Of a stretch of 64,000 nucleotides of DNA, positions 1-10,196 are shown piece after piece; position 1 is the stretch's first letter; each line of letters starts with the position of its first letter. Below the pieces are notes generated by a model. That model was not told where the DNA came from and did no database searches. It saw only the letters and a list, made by a program, of their open reading frames with translations. A program made the position numbers and the translations under genes. The DNA lies in NCBI GenBank assembly GCA_039588275.1, contig JBDHAC010000008.1, positions 1 through 64,000 of the forward strand, given 5' to 3'. This DNA comes from Gemmatimonadota bacterium. Its GTDB lineage: Bacteria > Gemmatimonadota > Gemmatimonadetes > Palauibacterales > Palauibacteraceae.

Positions 1-360
1 TCGCTTCACTCCCACGAGCTCGAAGTGCCCGGGCAGGCCCAGCATGTCGTGGAGTGCCTGCAAGGTCGCTTCAGCGGCACGGCGCAGCACGACCATCTCT
101 TCGCCGACGGCCTCGGTCTCCGCAGCCGTGGCGATGTCTCCTCTCTGGAGACCCACTCGAATGATCGCGCTCGAACGCTGGTCGACATCGAGCTCGGCAG
201 CCACGATCTTCGGACGTCCGGCTCCCCCCGGAGGCGGAGTCTCCCGCGGTGGGGTCGGTACGTCAGACTGCTCGTCGGTCGAGCCGGCGGGAGGGGAAGG
301 ATCCGGGCGCCCGTCGGGCGCGCCATCCTCGCGTGTCGTTTTCTCTTCGGGCGTCGTCAT
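1..360 (-). CDS. Hypothetical protein, partial (runs off the left edge)
   Basis: Own translation from ATG 360 (SD GAGGGG), open to position 1: Pro-rich N-terminus then RPKIVAAELDVDQRSSAIIRVGLQRGD...VVLRRAAEATLQALHDMLGLPGHFELVGVKR. Absent from the ORF track because the stop lies outside the window. Confidence 0.65.
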   Translation of the reverse strand, partial: MTTPEEKTTREDGAPDGRPDPSPPAGSTDEQSDVPTPPRETPPPGGAGRPKIVAAELDVDQRSSAIIRVGLQRGDIATAAETEAVGEEMVVLRRAAEATLQALHDMLGLPGHFELVGVKR

Positions 361-645
361 CCCCTCGCCAGACGCGGTCGCCATCGGATGTATCATGGAT
401 CTCGCGGCGTCAGCTGTGCGTGTGACGCCGAAGCGGGGCGTGAGAGCGAACATATGGACACACAAAGCCGAGGAAAACCCTGTGCGCCCTGGGATGGGAT
501 CGGGCCCCGAACAGGTGGCGACGAGTATTGGGCCCGACGTACGTTTCCGACGCGGAGGGACGCGCGAATGCCCTCGCAGAGACAGCCTGACGACCCTGCA
601 TGCCCCGCGTATCTTCGCCCGCCCCGTGACGCCCTGGAGGAGGAG

Positions 646-990
646 ATGACCGACTGTCTGTTTTGCCGAATCGTGGAGGGTGCCATCGACGCGGACCGCG
701 TCGAGGATGAGGCCGATTGGATCGCCATCCGCGACATCAACGCACAAGCGCCTACGCACGTGCTCGTCATCCCGCGACGGCACGTGGAGAGCCTGGAGGC
801 CCTGAACGCCGAGAGCCGAGCGCTGGCGGGGGAACTGCTCCTGGCCTGCCGGAAGATCGCCAGACGCGAGGGACTCTCGGAGCCGGGGTACCGGGTGGTG
901 ATCAACACCAACGATGACGGGGGTCAAACCGTACCTCATCTGCATCTGCACGTCCTCGGGGGCCGTTTCATGCGCTGGCCGCCCGGCTGA
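646..990 (+). CDS. hinT: Histidine triad (HIT) nucleotide-binding protein
   Basis: MTDCLFCRIV start after a GGAGGAGG SD; GQTVPHLHLHVLGGR HIT motif. Confidence 0.95.
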   Translation: MTDCLFCRIVEGAIDADRVEDEADWIAIRDINAQAPTHVLVIPRRHVESLEALNAESRALAGELLLACRKIARREGLSEPGYRVVINTNDDGGQTVPHLHLHVLGGRFMRWPPG

Positions 991-1018
991 GCCCGTAAGG
1001 CCAGTGGACCCTTCTACT

Positions 1019-3463
1019 ATGCATACGCCCCAAACGCGGGGTGCCGACGAGACGGCCCTCGCGTCTCACGCGCGCGTCGTCCTCGAGGTCGACCGCGTGC
1101 TGGATCGCATCGCTGCGCACGCGGGAAGTGACCTCGGGGCGGAGCACGTTCGCCGCCTGAAGCCGCTCCCAACCCCCGAGCGAGCCCGTGCCACTCTCCA
1201 GTCCGTCGCGGAGATGCGCGGGGTGCTCCAGAGGGATCCGGGGTGGTCTCTCGGGCCGATCCCCGACGTGCACGAGGCGCTGGCGAAGCTCGGGATCGAA
1301 GGCTCGGTATTGGAGATCGAGAGCCTCGTCGCGTGCTCGGTCCTGCTTCGCACGTCCCGCCTGGCACGCCGCGATCTCGAGGCGACCTCCGTCGATCTCC
1401 CGCGATTGCAGGGGCCGCTCGAGCGCCTCGTCTCGAAGCGCCGGCTCGAGAAGCGCCTCGGAGCCACGTTCGATGAAGCCGCGAACGTCGTCGATACGGC
1501 TTCTCGCGAGCTCGGCCGAATCCGACGGTCCCTTCGGGGGCGGCGTTCGGAGCTCGTCGAGCAACTGGAGGCATACGCGCGCGCGCTCCCCGATCGGGTT
1601 CGGGTCTCCGATGGCTCGGTCACGGTTCGTGCCGGCCGGTATTGTCTTCCGATCCGCCGGGAGGGGCGAGGGGCCGTCGGCGGCATCGTTCATGATGAAT
1701 CGGCCACTCGCCGCACGCTCTTCGTCGAGCCCCCGGTCGCCATCGAGCCGATGAACGAGATTCGTGAGCTGGAGATCGACGAAGCACGCGAGGTTCACCG
1801 GATACTGCGTGCGCTCTCAGACGAACTGCGTCCGTTGAGCGAGCCGCTCTTGAACGCGCTCGATGCGCTCTGCGAGCTGGACAGCATCAAGGCACGGGCT
1901 CACTTCGCCATCTCGCACGGAGGAACCGCACCCGCCTTGGAGGACGAAGGTTCAGGGCATTATCGGGTCGTCGAAGGTCGACACCCGTTGCTGGTCGCCA
2001 CCGGGGAAGATGTGGTCCCTTTCGACCTCGAGTTGGGCGAGCGGGAGTCCGTATTGTTGGTCAGCGGGCCTAACGCCGGAGGCAAGACCGTACTCCTCAA
2101 GGCGATCGGTCTCATCAGCATCCTCGGTCAGAGCGGCGTAATACCGCCCATCGGTCCCGGCACGCGTCTGCCCTTCTTCCGATCCATCTTCGCCGTCATC
2201 GGGGATGAACAGTCGATCGAGGCGTCCCTGTCCACGTTCAGTGCCCAGGTGAGGAACCTGGCGATGATCCTGCGTGATGCGGACGAAGCGTCGCTGGTCT
2301 TGATCGATGAAATCGGGGCCGCGACGGACCCGTCGGAAGGAGGGGCACTCGCGGGCGCCGCCCTGCAGCGACTCGCGCCGCAAGCCCGGCTGACGGTCGT
2401 GACCACCCACCTCGGCTCGCTGAAGGGGTTGGCAGCGGAGAACGATCGGATCGTCAACGCCTCTCTCGAGTTCGACTCCGTGGTCCTGGAGCCCACGTTC
2501 CATCTGGTCCGGGATCGCCCGGGACGCAGCTATGCGCTGGAGATCGCCGCGCGGCTCGGCCTTCCCCCCTCGCTCATCGAAGAAGCGCGGGACAGGGTCG
2601 GTACCGAGGTTCGAGCGGTGGACGACCTGCTCCGAGATCTGGAGAACGCTCAGGCCGAGTTGGACGTCACCCGCGACTCGATCGAGAGCCGCAACGCCGA
2701 GCTGGCCGAACGCGAAGCCCAATGGACCCGGCGCTGGGCGGAGCTCGAACGACGCGAGGCGGAAGTGGAAGCGGCGGCTCGGGACGCGACAGAGCGTTAC
2801 CTGCTTGACGCGCGCCGGGACGTGGAGCGGGCGATCGCGCGTCTGGAGGATCGCTACGCCGCGGCCGCATCGGGTGACGATGACGCTACGACCGCGGGTG
2901 CGGCTCGAGAGGCTCGTGATGCCGTCGAGCGGGCGATCCGTGAGTCACGAGATGGGAGGCCGATTCCGGGCCACGCCCCTGATTCGCCACCGCTACGGCC
3001 AGGGATGTGGGTGAGGCTGCGCGGTACTCAGCGTACGGGTCGGGTGATCGAGCTGCGTGGTCGACGCGCGATCATCGAAGCCAAGGGGCTGCGGCTTACG
3101 GCGAAGAATTCCGACCTCGAGCCGGTCGAGCCGGGCGTGGCCAACGCAGGGGAGTCCGACGCGTCGGGTCACGCTGCCGAGGAACGCGACTCCGTGCGGC
3201 AACCCGAGATTCCAGTGCAAATGGAGATCGATCTTCGCGGCCTTCGAGTCGATGAGATCGAATCGGCCTTGCTCCCCGCGCTCGACGCTGCGGTCGTCGC
3301 CGACCTGCCGTGGCTCCGGATCATCCACGGGAAGGGAACCGGCGCGTTGCGTTCTCGAGTGCGGGAGGTCCTGTCATCTGACCGGCGCGTTCCCGGGTTC
3401 CGGTCGGGGTCGACCGAGGAGGGTGGGACGGGGGTGACAGTCGTGGAGTTCCAGGGTTCCTGA
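1019..3463 (+). CDS. mutS2: Endonuclease MutS2 (ATPase plus C-terminal Smr domain)
   Basis: Walker A SGPNAGGKT, IGDEQSIEASLSTFS, DEIGAATDP, Smr IDLRGLRVDE...IIHGKGTG. Start uncertain (1004/1019). Confidence 0.95.
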   Translation: MHTPQTRGADETALASHARVVLEVDRVLDRIAAHAGSDLGAEHVRRLKPLPTPERARATLQSVAEMRGVLQRDPGWSLGPIPDVHEALAKLGIEGSVLEIESLVACSVLLRTSRLARRDLEATSVDLPRLQGPLERLVSKRRLEKRLGATFDEAANVVDTASRELGRIRRSLRGRRSELVEQLEAYARALPDRVRVSDGSVTVRAGRYCLPIRREGRGAVGGIVHDESATRRTLFVEPPVAIEPMNEIRELEIDEAREVHRILRALSDELRPLSEPLLNALDALCELDSIKARAHFAISHGGTAPALEDEGSGHYRVVEGRHPLLVATGEDVVPFDLELGERESVLLVSGPNAGGKTVLLKAIGLISILGQSGVIPPIGPGTRLPFFRSIFAVIGDEQSIEASLSTFSAQVRNLAMILRDADEASLVLIDEIGAATDPSEGGALAGAALQRLAPQARLTVVTTHLGSLKGLAAENDRIVNASLEFDSVVLEPTFHLVRDRPGRSYALEIAARLGLPPSLIEEARDRVGTEVRAVDDLLRDLENAQAELDVTRDSIESRNAELAEREAQWTRRWAELERREAEVEAAARDATERYLLDARRDVERAIARLEDRYAAAASGDDDATTAGAAREARDAVERAIRESRDGRPIPGHAPDSPPLRPGMWVRLRGTQRTGRVIELRGRRAIIEAKGLRLTAKNSDLEPVEPGVANAGESDASGHAAEERDSVRQPEIPVQMEIDLRGLRVDEIESALLPALDAAVVADLPWLRIIHGKGTGALRSRVREVLSSDRRVPGFRSGSTEEGGTGVTVVEFQGS

Positions 3464-5274
3464 TGGTGACCGATAGCCTCGTCGACGAGATTCGCGAGCG
3501 AGCCGACATCGTGGAAATCTGCGGCGAGCATGTATCCCTGAAGCGGGTCGGCAAGAGTTACCGCGGACCATGTCCGTTGCATGGTGGGGAAGGGCGAAAC
3601 TTCTCCGTCGATCCAGAGCGTGGGATCTTCAAGTGCTTCGTGTGCGGCGAGGGGGGCGACGTGTTCGGCTTCCTCATGAAGCACTTGGGGCTGGACTTCC
3701 CGTCTGCGGTTCGCCAGGTGGCGGCGCGGGTCGGTGTCGAAGTCCCGGAGCGCGATACCCCCCGCGAGGATCCGTTCGCGCACCTGCGGGAGGTGGTAGC
3801 GTTCGCGGAAGAATGGTTTGCGGAGCAGCTGCGCAGCTCGTCGGGCCGTGGGGCGCGCGCCTATCTCGAGCGACGCGGGATCGGGATGGAGGCGGCGGAG
3901 CGATATGCGGTCGGGTTCGCACCCAATGAATGGCGAGGCCTGCGGGAGGCCGCGCGCACGACGGGGATCGGCCAACGGCACCTCATGGAGCTAGGCCTGG
4001 TCGCGACGAGCGATCGGGCAGAAGAGCCGTACGACCGCTTCCGCAATCGATTGACGTTCGCCATCCGCGACTTGCGCGACCGGCCCATCGGGTTCGGCGG
4101 CAGATTGCTCGAGGAGCCACGCGAAGACGTTCCCAAGTACATCAATTCCCCCGACTCGCCGATCTTCCACAAGGGTGAGGAATTGTACGGCCTCAACTGG
4201 GCCCGTCATTCGATCCGACGCGAAGGCTTTGCGGCGATCGTGGAGGGCTATACGGACGTGCTCTCGCTGCATCTGGCGGACCTGCCCGTCGCCGTTGCCG
4301 GGCTCGGGACTGCGTTCACGACCCAACAAGCCGAGCGGCTAGGCCGGTACACCCAGCGTGCATACCTGCTCTACGATAGCGACTCACCGGGCCTCAGGGC
4401 GACGTTTCGGGCCGCCGATATCCTGCTCGCGGTCGGTGTTCATCCGCTCGTCGTTACTCTGCCGCCTGGTGAGGATCCCGATTCGCTCGTTCGTGCGCGA
4501 GGTGCGGAGGAACTTCGGAGATACCTCGACGACGCGGTCGATGTACTGGAGCGCAAGCTCCAGATCCTCGAAAGACAGGGTTATCTGGAGACGGTCGAGG
4601 GGCGTCGTCGCGCGGTCGACGGGCTGTTGAGCACACTCCGCGCCGTTCGAGACCCAGCGCTCAGGGACATCTACCTGGATCGCACGGCCGAGCGCACCGG
4701 CGTCAGGCGTGAGACGCTGGTTCACGAGATAGCTCGCGCCGACCGGGCGCGCACTCGCCCCCGCGAGGCGCCGACGACCGGGCGTACAAGGCGCGACGAA
4801 GCCCGGGAGCCATCATCCGGCACGCGAGCGGAGAGGGATCTGGTGCTCTTACTCCTTCGAGATCCGCCACTAGCCCGGCGCGCCTCGCAGGGCGGGGTGC
4901 GTCCTGAGCACTTCTCGGTCGGGGCTCACCGTGAGATCTTTACATATCTGGTGGAGCGGACAACGGAGACGAGCGAAGAGGAGACCGACGACTGGCTCCC
5001 GGGGCTCACCGAGCCAGCGCGCGTGACAGCCGAGGCCTTGCTGCGGGACGAGACGGAGTTGACGAGCCCGAGCGAGATCTTTGATGCATCGGTGCGCCGG
5101 CTCCTGTATCGTCGGCAACGAGAGCGGCTGGTCGAGATCGACCGTGAGCTGGAACTTGCCGATCCGGACCAGCAGCGAGAGCTTCTGGTCGAGAAGCAGC
5201 GGATTGCTGATCGGCTGCGAGAGGTGGGCGAGGCGACAGGCTTCATGCCCCGTAGAGGCCGCGGGCGGCGATGA
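3463..5274 (+). CDS. dnaG: DNA primase
   Basis: Zn finger CPLH...FKCFVC, DRFRNRL, KYINSPDS, TOPRIM VEGYTD and YDSD. Confidence 0.97.
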   Translation: MVTDSLVDEIRERADIVEICGEHVSLKRVGKSYRGPCPLHGGEGRNFSVDPERGIFKCFVCGEGGDVFGFLMKHLGLDFPSAVRQVAARVGVEVPERDTPREDPFAHLREVVAFAEEWFAEQLRSSSGRGARAYLERRGIGMEAAERYAVGFAPNEWRGLREAARTTGIGQRHLMELGLVATSDRAEEPYDRFRNRLTFAIRDLRDRPIGFGGRLLEEPREDVPKYINSPDSPIFHKGEELYGLNWARHSIRREGFAAIVEGYTDVLSLHLADLPVAVAGLGTAFTTQQAERLGRYTQRAYLLYDSDSPGLRATFRAADILLAVGVHPLVVTLPPGEDPDSLVRARGAEELRRYLDDAVDVLERKLQILERQGYLETVEGRRRAVDGLLSTLRAVRDPALRDIYLDRTAERTGVRRETLVHEIARADRARTRPREAPTTGRTRRDEAREPSSGTRAERDLVLLLLRDPPLARRASQGGVRPEHFSVGAHREIFTYLVERTTETSEEETDDWLPGLTEPARVTAEALLRDETELTSPSEIFDASVRRLLYRRQRERLVEIDRELELADPDQQRELLVEKQRIADRLREVGEATGFMPRRGRGRR

Positions 5275-5311
5275 ACCCGGAGTCGGGTACGGCAATGACC
5301 ACACGCAAGGA

Positions 5312-6040
5312 ATGAGCATGGAAGCGAGCGGTACAGTCCAACAGCTCCTCACCCTCCAAGAGATCGACCTCGAGATCCACCAGATCACCAGACAGCTAGG
5401 AGAGCTCACCCGCGAGCTGGAGGCGCTGCGAGGCGCCGGAAAGGAGCTGGAAGATCGCGTCGGTTCGCTTCAGGCTGAGAGGGACGCCGCCGACGAACGG
5501 CTGCGCCGGTATCAGCGATCGGTGCAGGCTGGTCGTGCGACGCTCAAGCGGCTTGAGGGCCGAGCCGGCGAAGTCTCGAACATGCAGCAGCATTTTGCAG
5601 TCCGCACCGAGACCGAGACGGCGCGGCGGAATCTCCGGATCGCGGAGGATGAGACGCTCGATGCGATGCAAGATGTCGAGCAACTGGATGCGGAGGTGAA
5701 GCAGCTCGAATCGGACCTGGAGGAGTCACGCTCGACACTGGAGGAGCGCGAGAGCGAAGTCGCGAGCCTCCGCGCTACCCTGAACGATCAACTGGCGGGG
5801 CACCAGGAAGAAAAGAGAGTCCAGGAAGAGAAGTTGGACCGGAAGACCTTGCGAATCTACGAGACCGTGCGGAACGGGCGCACCGACAGCGTCCTCGCCC
5901 CCCTGACGGGCGACGGCGTGTGCGGACACTGTTTCACCTCCGTGCCGCTTCAACAGCAGGCGGATATCCGAGCGGGGCGCGACCTCGCCGTTTGTGAAGG
6001 ATGCGGCGTGATCCTCTTCACACCGAACGCGAGGGACTGA
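5312..6040 (+). CDS. Coiled-coil protein with C-terminal C4 Zn-ribbon (CT398/HP0958-like)
   Basis: LLTLQEIDLEI N-terminus, long coiled coil, CGHC...CEGCGVIL; typically found after dnaG. Confidence 0.9.
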   Translation: MSMEASGTVQQLLTLQEIDLEIHQITRQLGELTRELEALRGAGKELEDRVGSLQAERDAADERLRRYQRSVQAGRATLKRLEGRAGEVSNMQQHFAVRTETETARRNLRIAEDETLDAMQDVEQLDAEVKQLESDLEESRSTLEERESEVASLRATLNDQLAGHQEEKRVQEEKLDRKTLRIYETVRNGRTDSVLAPLTGDGVCGHCFTSVPLQQQADIRAGRDLAVCEGCGVILFTPNARD

Positions 6041-6063
6041 GCGGCATCTCCTCCGAACCTCGC

Positions 6064-7788
6064 ATGACCCGGCTCCCCGCTACGACCCGTCGGTGGCGCG
6101 AGCCCGAGCCAGTGCCCCCCGACCAAGTCGAAGCCCTCCAAGCCGCCGTAGGCCTACCAGGGCCGCTCTGCGAGCTCCTGATTCGGCGCGGCTATCACGA
6201 CCCGGCTCGCGCACGACGATTCTTGCGCCCACGTCTCGACCAGCTTCACCCGCCCGGTGAGCTGCCCGACATGGGCCGGGCCGTCGAGCGCATCGAGAGG
6301 GCGATCGGGATCGGGGAGGGGATCCTCGTCCACGGTGACTACGACGTGGATGGGATGTCTGCCACGGCGGTGCTCGTGGGTGGCCTCCGCCTGCTGGGCG
6401 CGAACGTCACGGGTTTCGTGCCGCACCGGACGCGGGATGGGTACGACCTGGGGGCGTCCGGCGTAGCTCAAGCACGGGCGGTCGGGGCGCGGCTGATCAT
6501 CACAGCGGATTGCGGGGTCTCCGCCGTGGAAGGGGTCCGAGCGGCCGGTGCGGGCGGCGTCGACGTGATCGTGACCGACCATCACCGCCCGGGCCCGATT
6601 CTCCCGGAGGCGGTGGCGGTGATCAACCCCAACCGTGCAGACAGCCGCTATCCGTTCGGTGGTCTGGCAGGTGTCGGTGTGGCGTTCAAGCTCATATCGC
6701 AACTCTATAACCGTCAGTCGCTTGCAGACGGGCATCTCAATCAACATCTGGATCTCGTAGCGCTCGGCACGGTGGCGGACCAGGCGCCGCTGGTAGACGA
6801 GAACCGCGTTCTGGTCCAGTTCGGGCTGCGCGCCTGGGAGTACTCGAGGAAACCGGGCGCGCGGGCGCTGAGGTGGATCTCTGGGTGCGGGGGCCGGGCG
6901 CTCGACGCCAGCGACGTCGCGTACCGCCTGGCTCCACGCCTGAACGCCGCCGGTCGAGTCGGTGACGCGGCGGTGGGGCTCCGGCTGCTCCTGACCGAGG
7001 ATGCGGACGAGGCGGATTTGCTGGCGCGACAGGTGGATGGGTTGAACGCGCTCCGCCGCACCACGGACCAGGAGGTGTTGGTGCAGGCTCGAGCTCAGCT
7101 GCGAACGGGCTTCGATCCGCTGCAGGACCGCGTCGTGGTACTGTGGCACGAGGACTGGCACCCCGGGGTGCTCGGGATCACGGCGTCCAGGCTCGTGGAC
7201 CGGCTCCACCGACCCGTCATCCTGGTCGGGTTCTCGGGCGAGTCCGGTCGGGGCTCCGCCCGTTCCATCGAAGGCTTTCACGTCTTTCGAGCGCTGGAGG
7301 CCTGTGCCGGATCATTGGATCGATTCGGAGGCCACGAGATGGCCGCCGGCTTCGACATTCGTCGATCCCGGCTCGACGAGTTCCTCGCATCGATCCGCAC
7401 GTATGCGCAACGAGAGCTGCCTCGGGATCGGCTCAGACGAGATTTGACGATCGACCTCCAACTCGCACTCGGTGCGATCACGCCCGAGTTCCACCGGCGA
7501 CTGTCATACCTGGGGCCGTTCGGCAACTCCAACCCACGCCCGCGCATCGTGACGCGGCGAGTCCGGATCCGAGGGGCTCGATCGACCCGTGGCGACGGTG
7601 CGCATCTGAAGGCGACGCTGGACTCCGGCGATGCCCGTCTGGACGCGATCGGTTTCGGTCTAGGGGCGCGGACCGCCGAGGCGAACGGCGTAGACGCCCA
7701 CGACGTGGTCTTCGAGCTACATCGCGATCGTCGACCCGGGCCTGCGGGACTCCAGGCCCACCTCGTCGATTTTCGACCCAGCGATTGA
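6064..7788 (+). CDS. recJ: ssDNA-specific exonuclease RecJ
   Basis: GDYDVDG, TADCG, TDHH, LGTVAD, PRLNAAGR, GSARS, GGHEMAAG motifs. Confidence 0.96.
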   Translation: MTRLPATTRRWREPEPVPPDQVEALQAAVGLPGPLCELLIRRGYHDPARARRFLRPRLDQLHPPGELPDMGRAVERIERAIGIGEGILVHGDYDVDGMSATAVLVGGLRLLGANVTGFVPHRTRDGYDLGASGVAQARAVGARLIITADCGVSAVEGVRAAGAGGVDVIVTDHHRPGPILPEAVAVINPNRADSRYPFGGLAGVGVAFKLISQLYNRQSLADGHLNQHLDLVALGTVADQAPLVDENRVLVQFGLRAWEYSRKPGARALRWISGCGGRALDASDVAYRLAPRLNAAGRVGDAAVGLRLLLTEDADEADLLARQVDGLNALRRTTDQEVLVQARAQLRTGFDPLQDRVVVLWHEDWHPGVLGITASRLVDRLHRPVILVGFSGESGRGSARSIEGFHVFRALEACAGSLDRFGGHEMAAGFDIRRSRLDEFLASIRTYAQRELPRDRLRRDLTIDLQLALGAITPEFHRRLSYLGPFGNSNPRPRIVTRRVRIRGARSTRGDGAHLKATLDSGDARLDAIGFGLGARTAEANGVDAHDVVFELHRDRRPGPAGLQAHLVDFRPSD

Positions 7789-8345
7789 TGCCGCGAATCA
7801 CCGCGGGCCGATTCGGAGGACGACGGCTCCGAGCCCCACGAGGTCGAGGGACGCGCCCCACGGCCAGTCGAATCCGAGAGGCGTGGTTCAGCGCGCTGGG
7901 CGACTCGATCGACGGTGCCCGCGTCGTAGACTTGTTCGCGGGCTCGGGCGCCCTCGGGCTCGAGGCGCTGTCGCGGGGCGCACAACACGCCCATTTTGTG
8001 GAGTCAAACCGTCGGGCGGCGGCGGCGATTCGCGAGAACATCCGGCGCTTGGACGTAAAGGATCGAGCTACGGTCGTCGTGCGCGATGTCTTCGCCTTCA
8101 TCGGAGCACCAGGACACCGTGCGGGCCACTTCGATATTGCGCTTGCCGATCCCCCGTACGCTTCCGACGCGGCCGCACGTCTCGTCGCGCGATTCCAGGC
8201 AGAGCCGTTCGCGGAACTGCTCTGCGTGGAGCATGCGAGCGGTCTGACGAATCTCGGTGAGGGTGTCGTGTGGACTCGTACGTACGGCGACGCCCAGCTG
8301 ACGTTCCTCGAGAGCGACTCGTTCCACCCACCCAGGGAGCCCTGA
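7788..8345 (+). CDS. rsmD: 16S rRNA m2G966 methyltransferase
   Basis: RITAGRFGGRRL, TRPT, DLFAGSGALGLEALSRGA, DPPY; ATG overlaps the recJ stop. Confidence 0.93.
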   Translation: MPRITAGRFGGRRLRAPRGRGTRPTASRIREAWFSALGDSIDGARVVDLFAGSGALGLEALSRGAQHAHFVESNRRAAAAIRENIRRLDVKDRATVVVRDVFAFIGAPGHRAGHFDIALADPPYASDAAARLVARFQAEPFAELLCVEHASGLTNLGEGVVWTRTYGDAQLTFLESDSFHPPREP

Positions 8346-8349
8346 GACG

Positions 8350-8853
8350 ATGACCGAAACGACCGCCGTGTATCCTGGTTCGTTCGACCCGCTCACGCTG
8401 GGACACGACGACATCATCTGCCGGAGCCTCCAACTCGTGGACCGGTTGATCGTCGCCATCGCCGAGACGGCCACGCAACCGAAGTCCAGCCTGTTCTCGA
8501 TACCCGAGCGCGTGGACCTGATCAGCACGGTTTACCGTGACAAGCCGCGCGTGGAGGTGGTCGCGTTCCCCGGGTTGCTGGTGGACTTCGCGCGGGATCG
8601 TGGAGCGCGGCTCATCGTGCGCGGGCTGCGCGCAGTCAGCGACTTCGAGTACGAGTTCCAGATGGCGCTGATGAATCGCGCGCTGTGGCCGGAAGTCGAA
8701 GTCATCTTCATGGCCCCGGACACCCGCCACACCTTTCTCAGCGCGTCGTTGGTGCGTGAGGTCAGAAGACTGGGCGGGGACGTGAGCCGCTTCGTCCACC
8801 CCGAGATCTTGCGCGGCATGGAGTCGAAGCTGGGGCCCCCCGAAGCCGGTTGA
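8350..8853 (+). CDS. coaD: Phosphopantetheine adenylyltransferase
   Basis: YPGSFDPLTLGH, RGLRAVSDFEYEFQMALMN. Confidence 0.97.
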   Translation: MTETTAVYPGSFDPLTLGHDDIICRSLQLVDRLIVAIAETATQPKSSLFSIPERVDLISTVYRDKPRVEVVAFPGLLVDFARDRGARLIVRGLRAVSDFEYEFQMALMNRALWPEVEVIFMAPDTRHTFLSASLVREVRRLGGDVSRFVHPEILRGMESKLGPPEAG

Positions 8854-8905
8854 TGGATCGCTTCCACGAGCGCTGCGCCCTCGCGCGCCTCCATCGGGCC
8901 ACGGT

Positions 8906-9826
8906 GTGAGCGAGTTCCTTCAGAACCTTCGAGCCCGAGCCCGGTGCAGGGCGGCGAGGATCGGATTCCCGGAAGCGGCCGAGCCGAGAACGATCCAGGC
9001 ACTCCGGGAGCTGATCGGCGAGAACCTGGTCCGCCCCGTTGCCGTTGGGCGGCAGAGCGAGCTCGCGCCAGCGCTCGGTGATCTCGCGGTCGAGCGACTG
9101 GTAGCCCCCGAGGGAGAGGGCGAAGAGGACGCGCTCGCGTTTGCGGCCTCGCTCCTGGGGGCGGGAGAGTTGGATGGCGTCGTCGCAGGGGCCGAGCGAA
9201 CGACTGCGGATGTGATCCGAGCCGGGCTTCGGTTCGTGGGAAGGGCCCCCGGGATCGAGACGATCTCGAGCTCGTTCTACATGGTCCTCCGTGAGCCGAC
9301 GGGGGGTGGTGAGGACGTTTTGACGTTCACCGATCCGGCGGTCGTGCCGAGCCCGTCAGCTGAACAGATGGCGGAGAGCGCCGAGGTCGCGTGCCGCGCG
9401 CGCCGGGCGATCGTCGGAGACCAGCCACGGGCGGCGTTCCTTTCCTTCTCTACGGCCGGATCCGCGACGAGCACGGAGGTTGAGCACGTCCGGGCGGCGG
9501 TAGCGCGGTTCAGAGAACGCTGCCCGGGAGTGCCTGTCGATGGCGAGTTGCAGGGAGACGCGGCGCTGGAGCCTCATATCGCCCGCCGGAAGGCCCCGGA
9601 CTCGCAGCTCTCCGGCCGGGCCAACGTGCTGGTCTTCCCGAATCTCGACGCGGCCAACATCGCCTACAAGCTGGTCGAGCGGTTGGCGCGGGCTCGGGCG
9701 CTCGGCCCGATCCTACAGGGATTCCGGCGACCCCTGAACGACCTCTCCCGCGGGGCGAGCGTGGCGGATATCGTGGAGGTAGCTTGCATCACGGCACTCA
9801 TGGCTGATGGAGATGATGGAGGATGA
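8906..9826 (+). CDS. pta: Phosphate acetyl/acyltransferase
   Basis: LSFSTAGSA, DGELQGDAA, ANVLVFPNLDAANIAYKL, NDLSRG. Confidence 0.92.
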   Translation: MSEFLQNLRARARCRAARIGFPEAAEPRTIQALRELIGENLVRPVAVGRQSELAPALGDLAVERLVAPEGEGEEDALAFAASLLGAGELDGVVAGAERTTADVIRAGLRFVGRAPGIETISSSFYMVLREPTGGGEDVLTFTDPAVVPSPSAEQMAESAEVACRARRAIVGDQPRAAFLSFSTAGSATSTEVEHVRAAVARFRERCPGVPVDGELQGDAALEPHIARRKAPDSQLSGRANVLVFPNLDAANIAYKLVERLARARALGPILQGFRRPLNDLSRGASVADIVEVACITALMADGDDGG

Positions 9827-10155
9827 CCTTCTCGATCGAGCAGCTTAACGGGGTCACGATCGTCGATGTCGACGGCGAGCTGACCGTCACCAACCGGAGC
9901 GAGCTGAAAGAGCGGGTGCTCGGACGGCTGGACGGTGGCGACCGCCGCTTCATCATCGATTTCAGCAAGACCGGGTACATCGACTCGTCGGGCCTCGGGG
10001 TTCTCGTCAGCCTCTCCAAGCGCATCCGGGAGCAGAGCGGCCGCTTGCGCCTGGCAGGGCTCAACGAGGATCTCAGAACGCTGTTCGAGTTGACGAAGCT
10101 CGACACGCTTTTCCAGATCACGGAGACCCGGGCGGCCGCGTTGCGCGAGCTGTGA
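9823..10155 (+). CDS. STAS-domain anti-sigma-factor antagonist (SpoIIAA/RsbV family)
   Basis: 110 aa; YIDSSGLGVL with the phosphoacceptor Ser. Confidence 0.95.
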   Translation: MTFSIEQLNGVTIVDVDGELTVTNRSELKERVLGRLDGGDRRFIIDFSKTGYIDSSGLGVLVSLSKRIREQSGRLRLAGLNEDLRTLFELTKLDTLFQITETRAAALREL

Positions 10156-10196
10156 CTACCTCGGAAGGTCGCTGAAAGGCTGGTAGGCTGGGGCGG

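Noticed and set aside
25..645. N-terminal extension of the HIT ORF (similarly for rsmD, uppS, the kinase, the GlmU-like gene and nusA)
   Set aside because: ORF-caller artefacts that overlap neighbouring genes; SD-supported or coupled starts lie downstream
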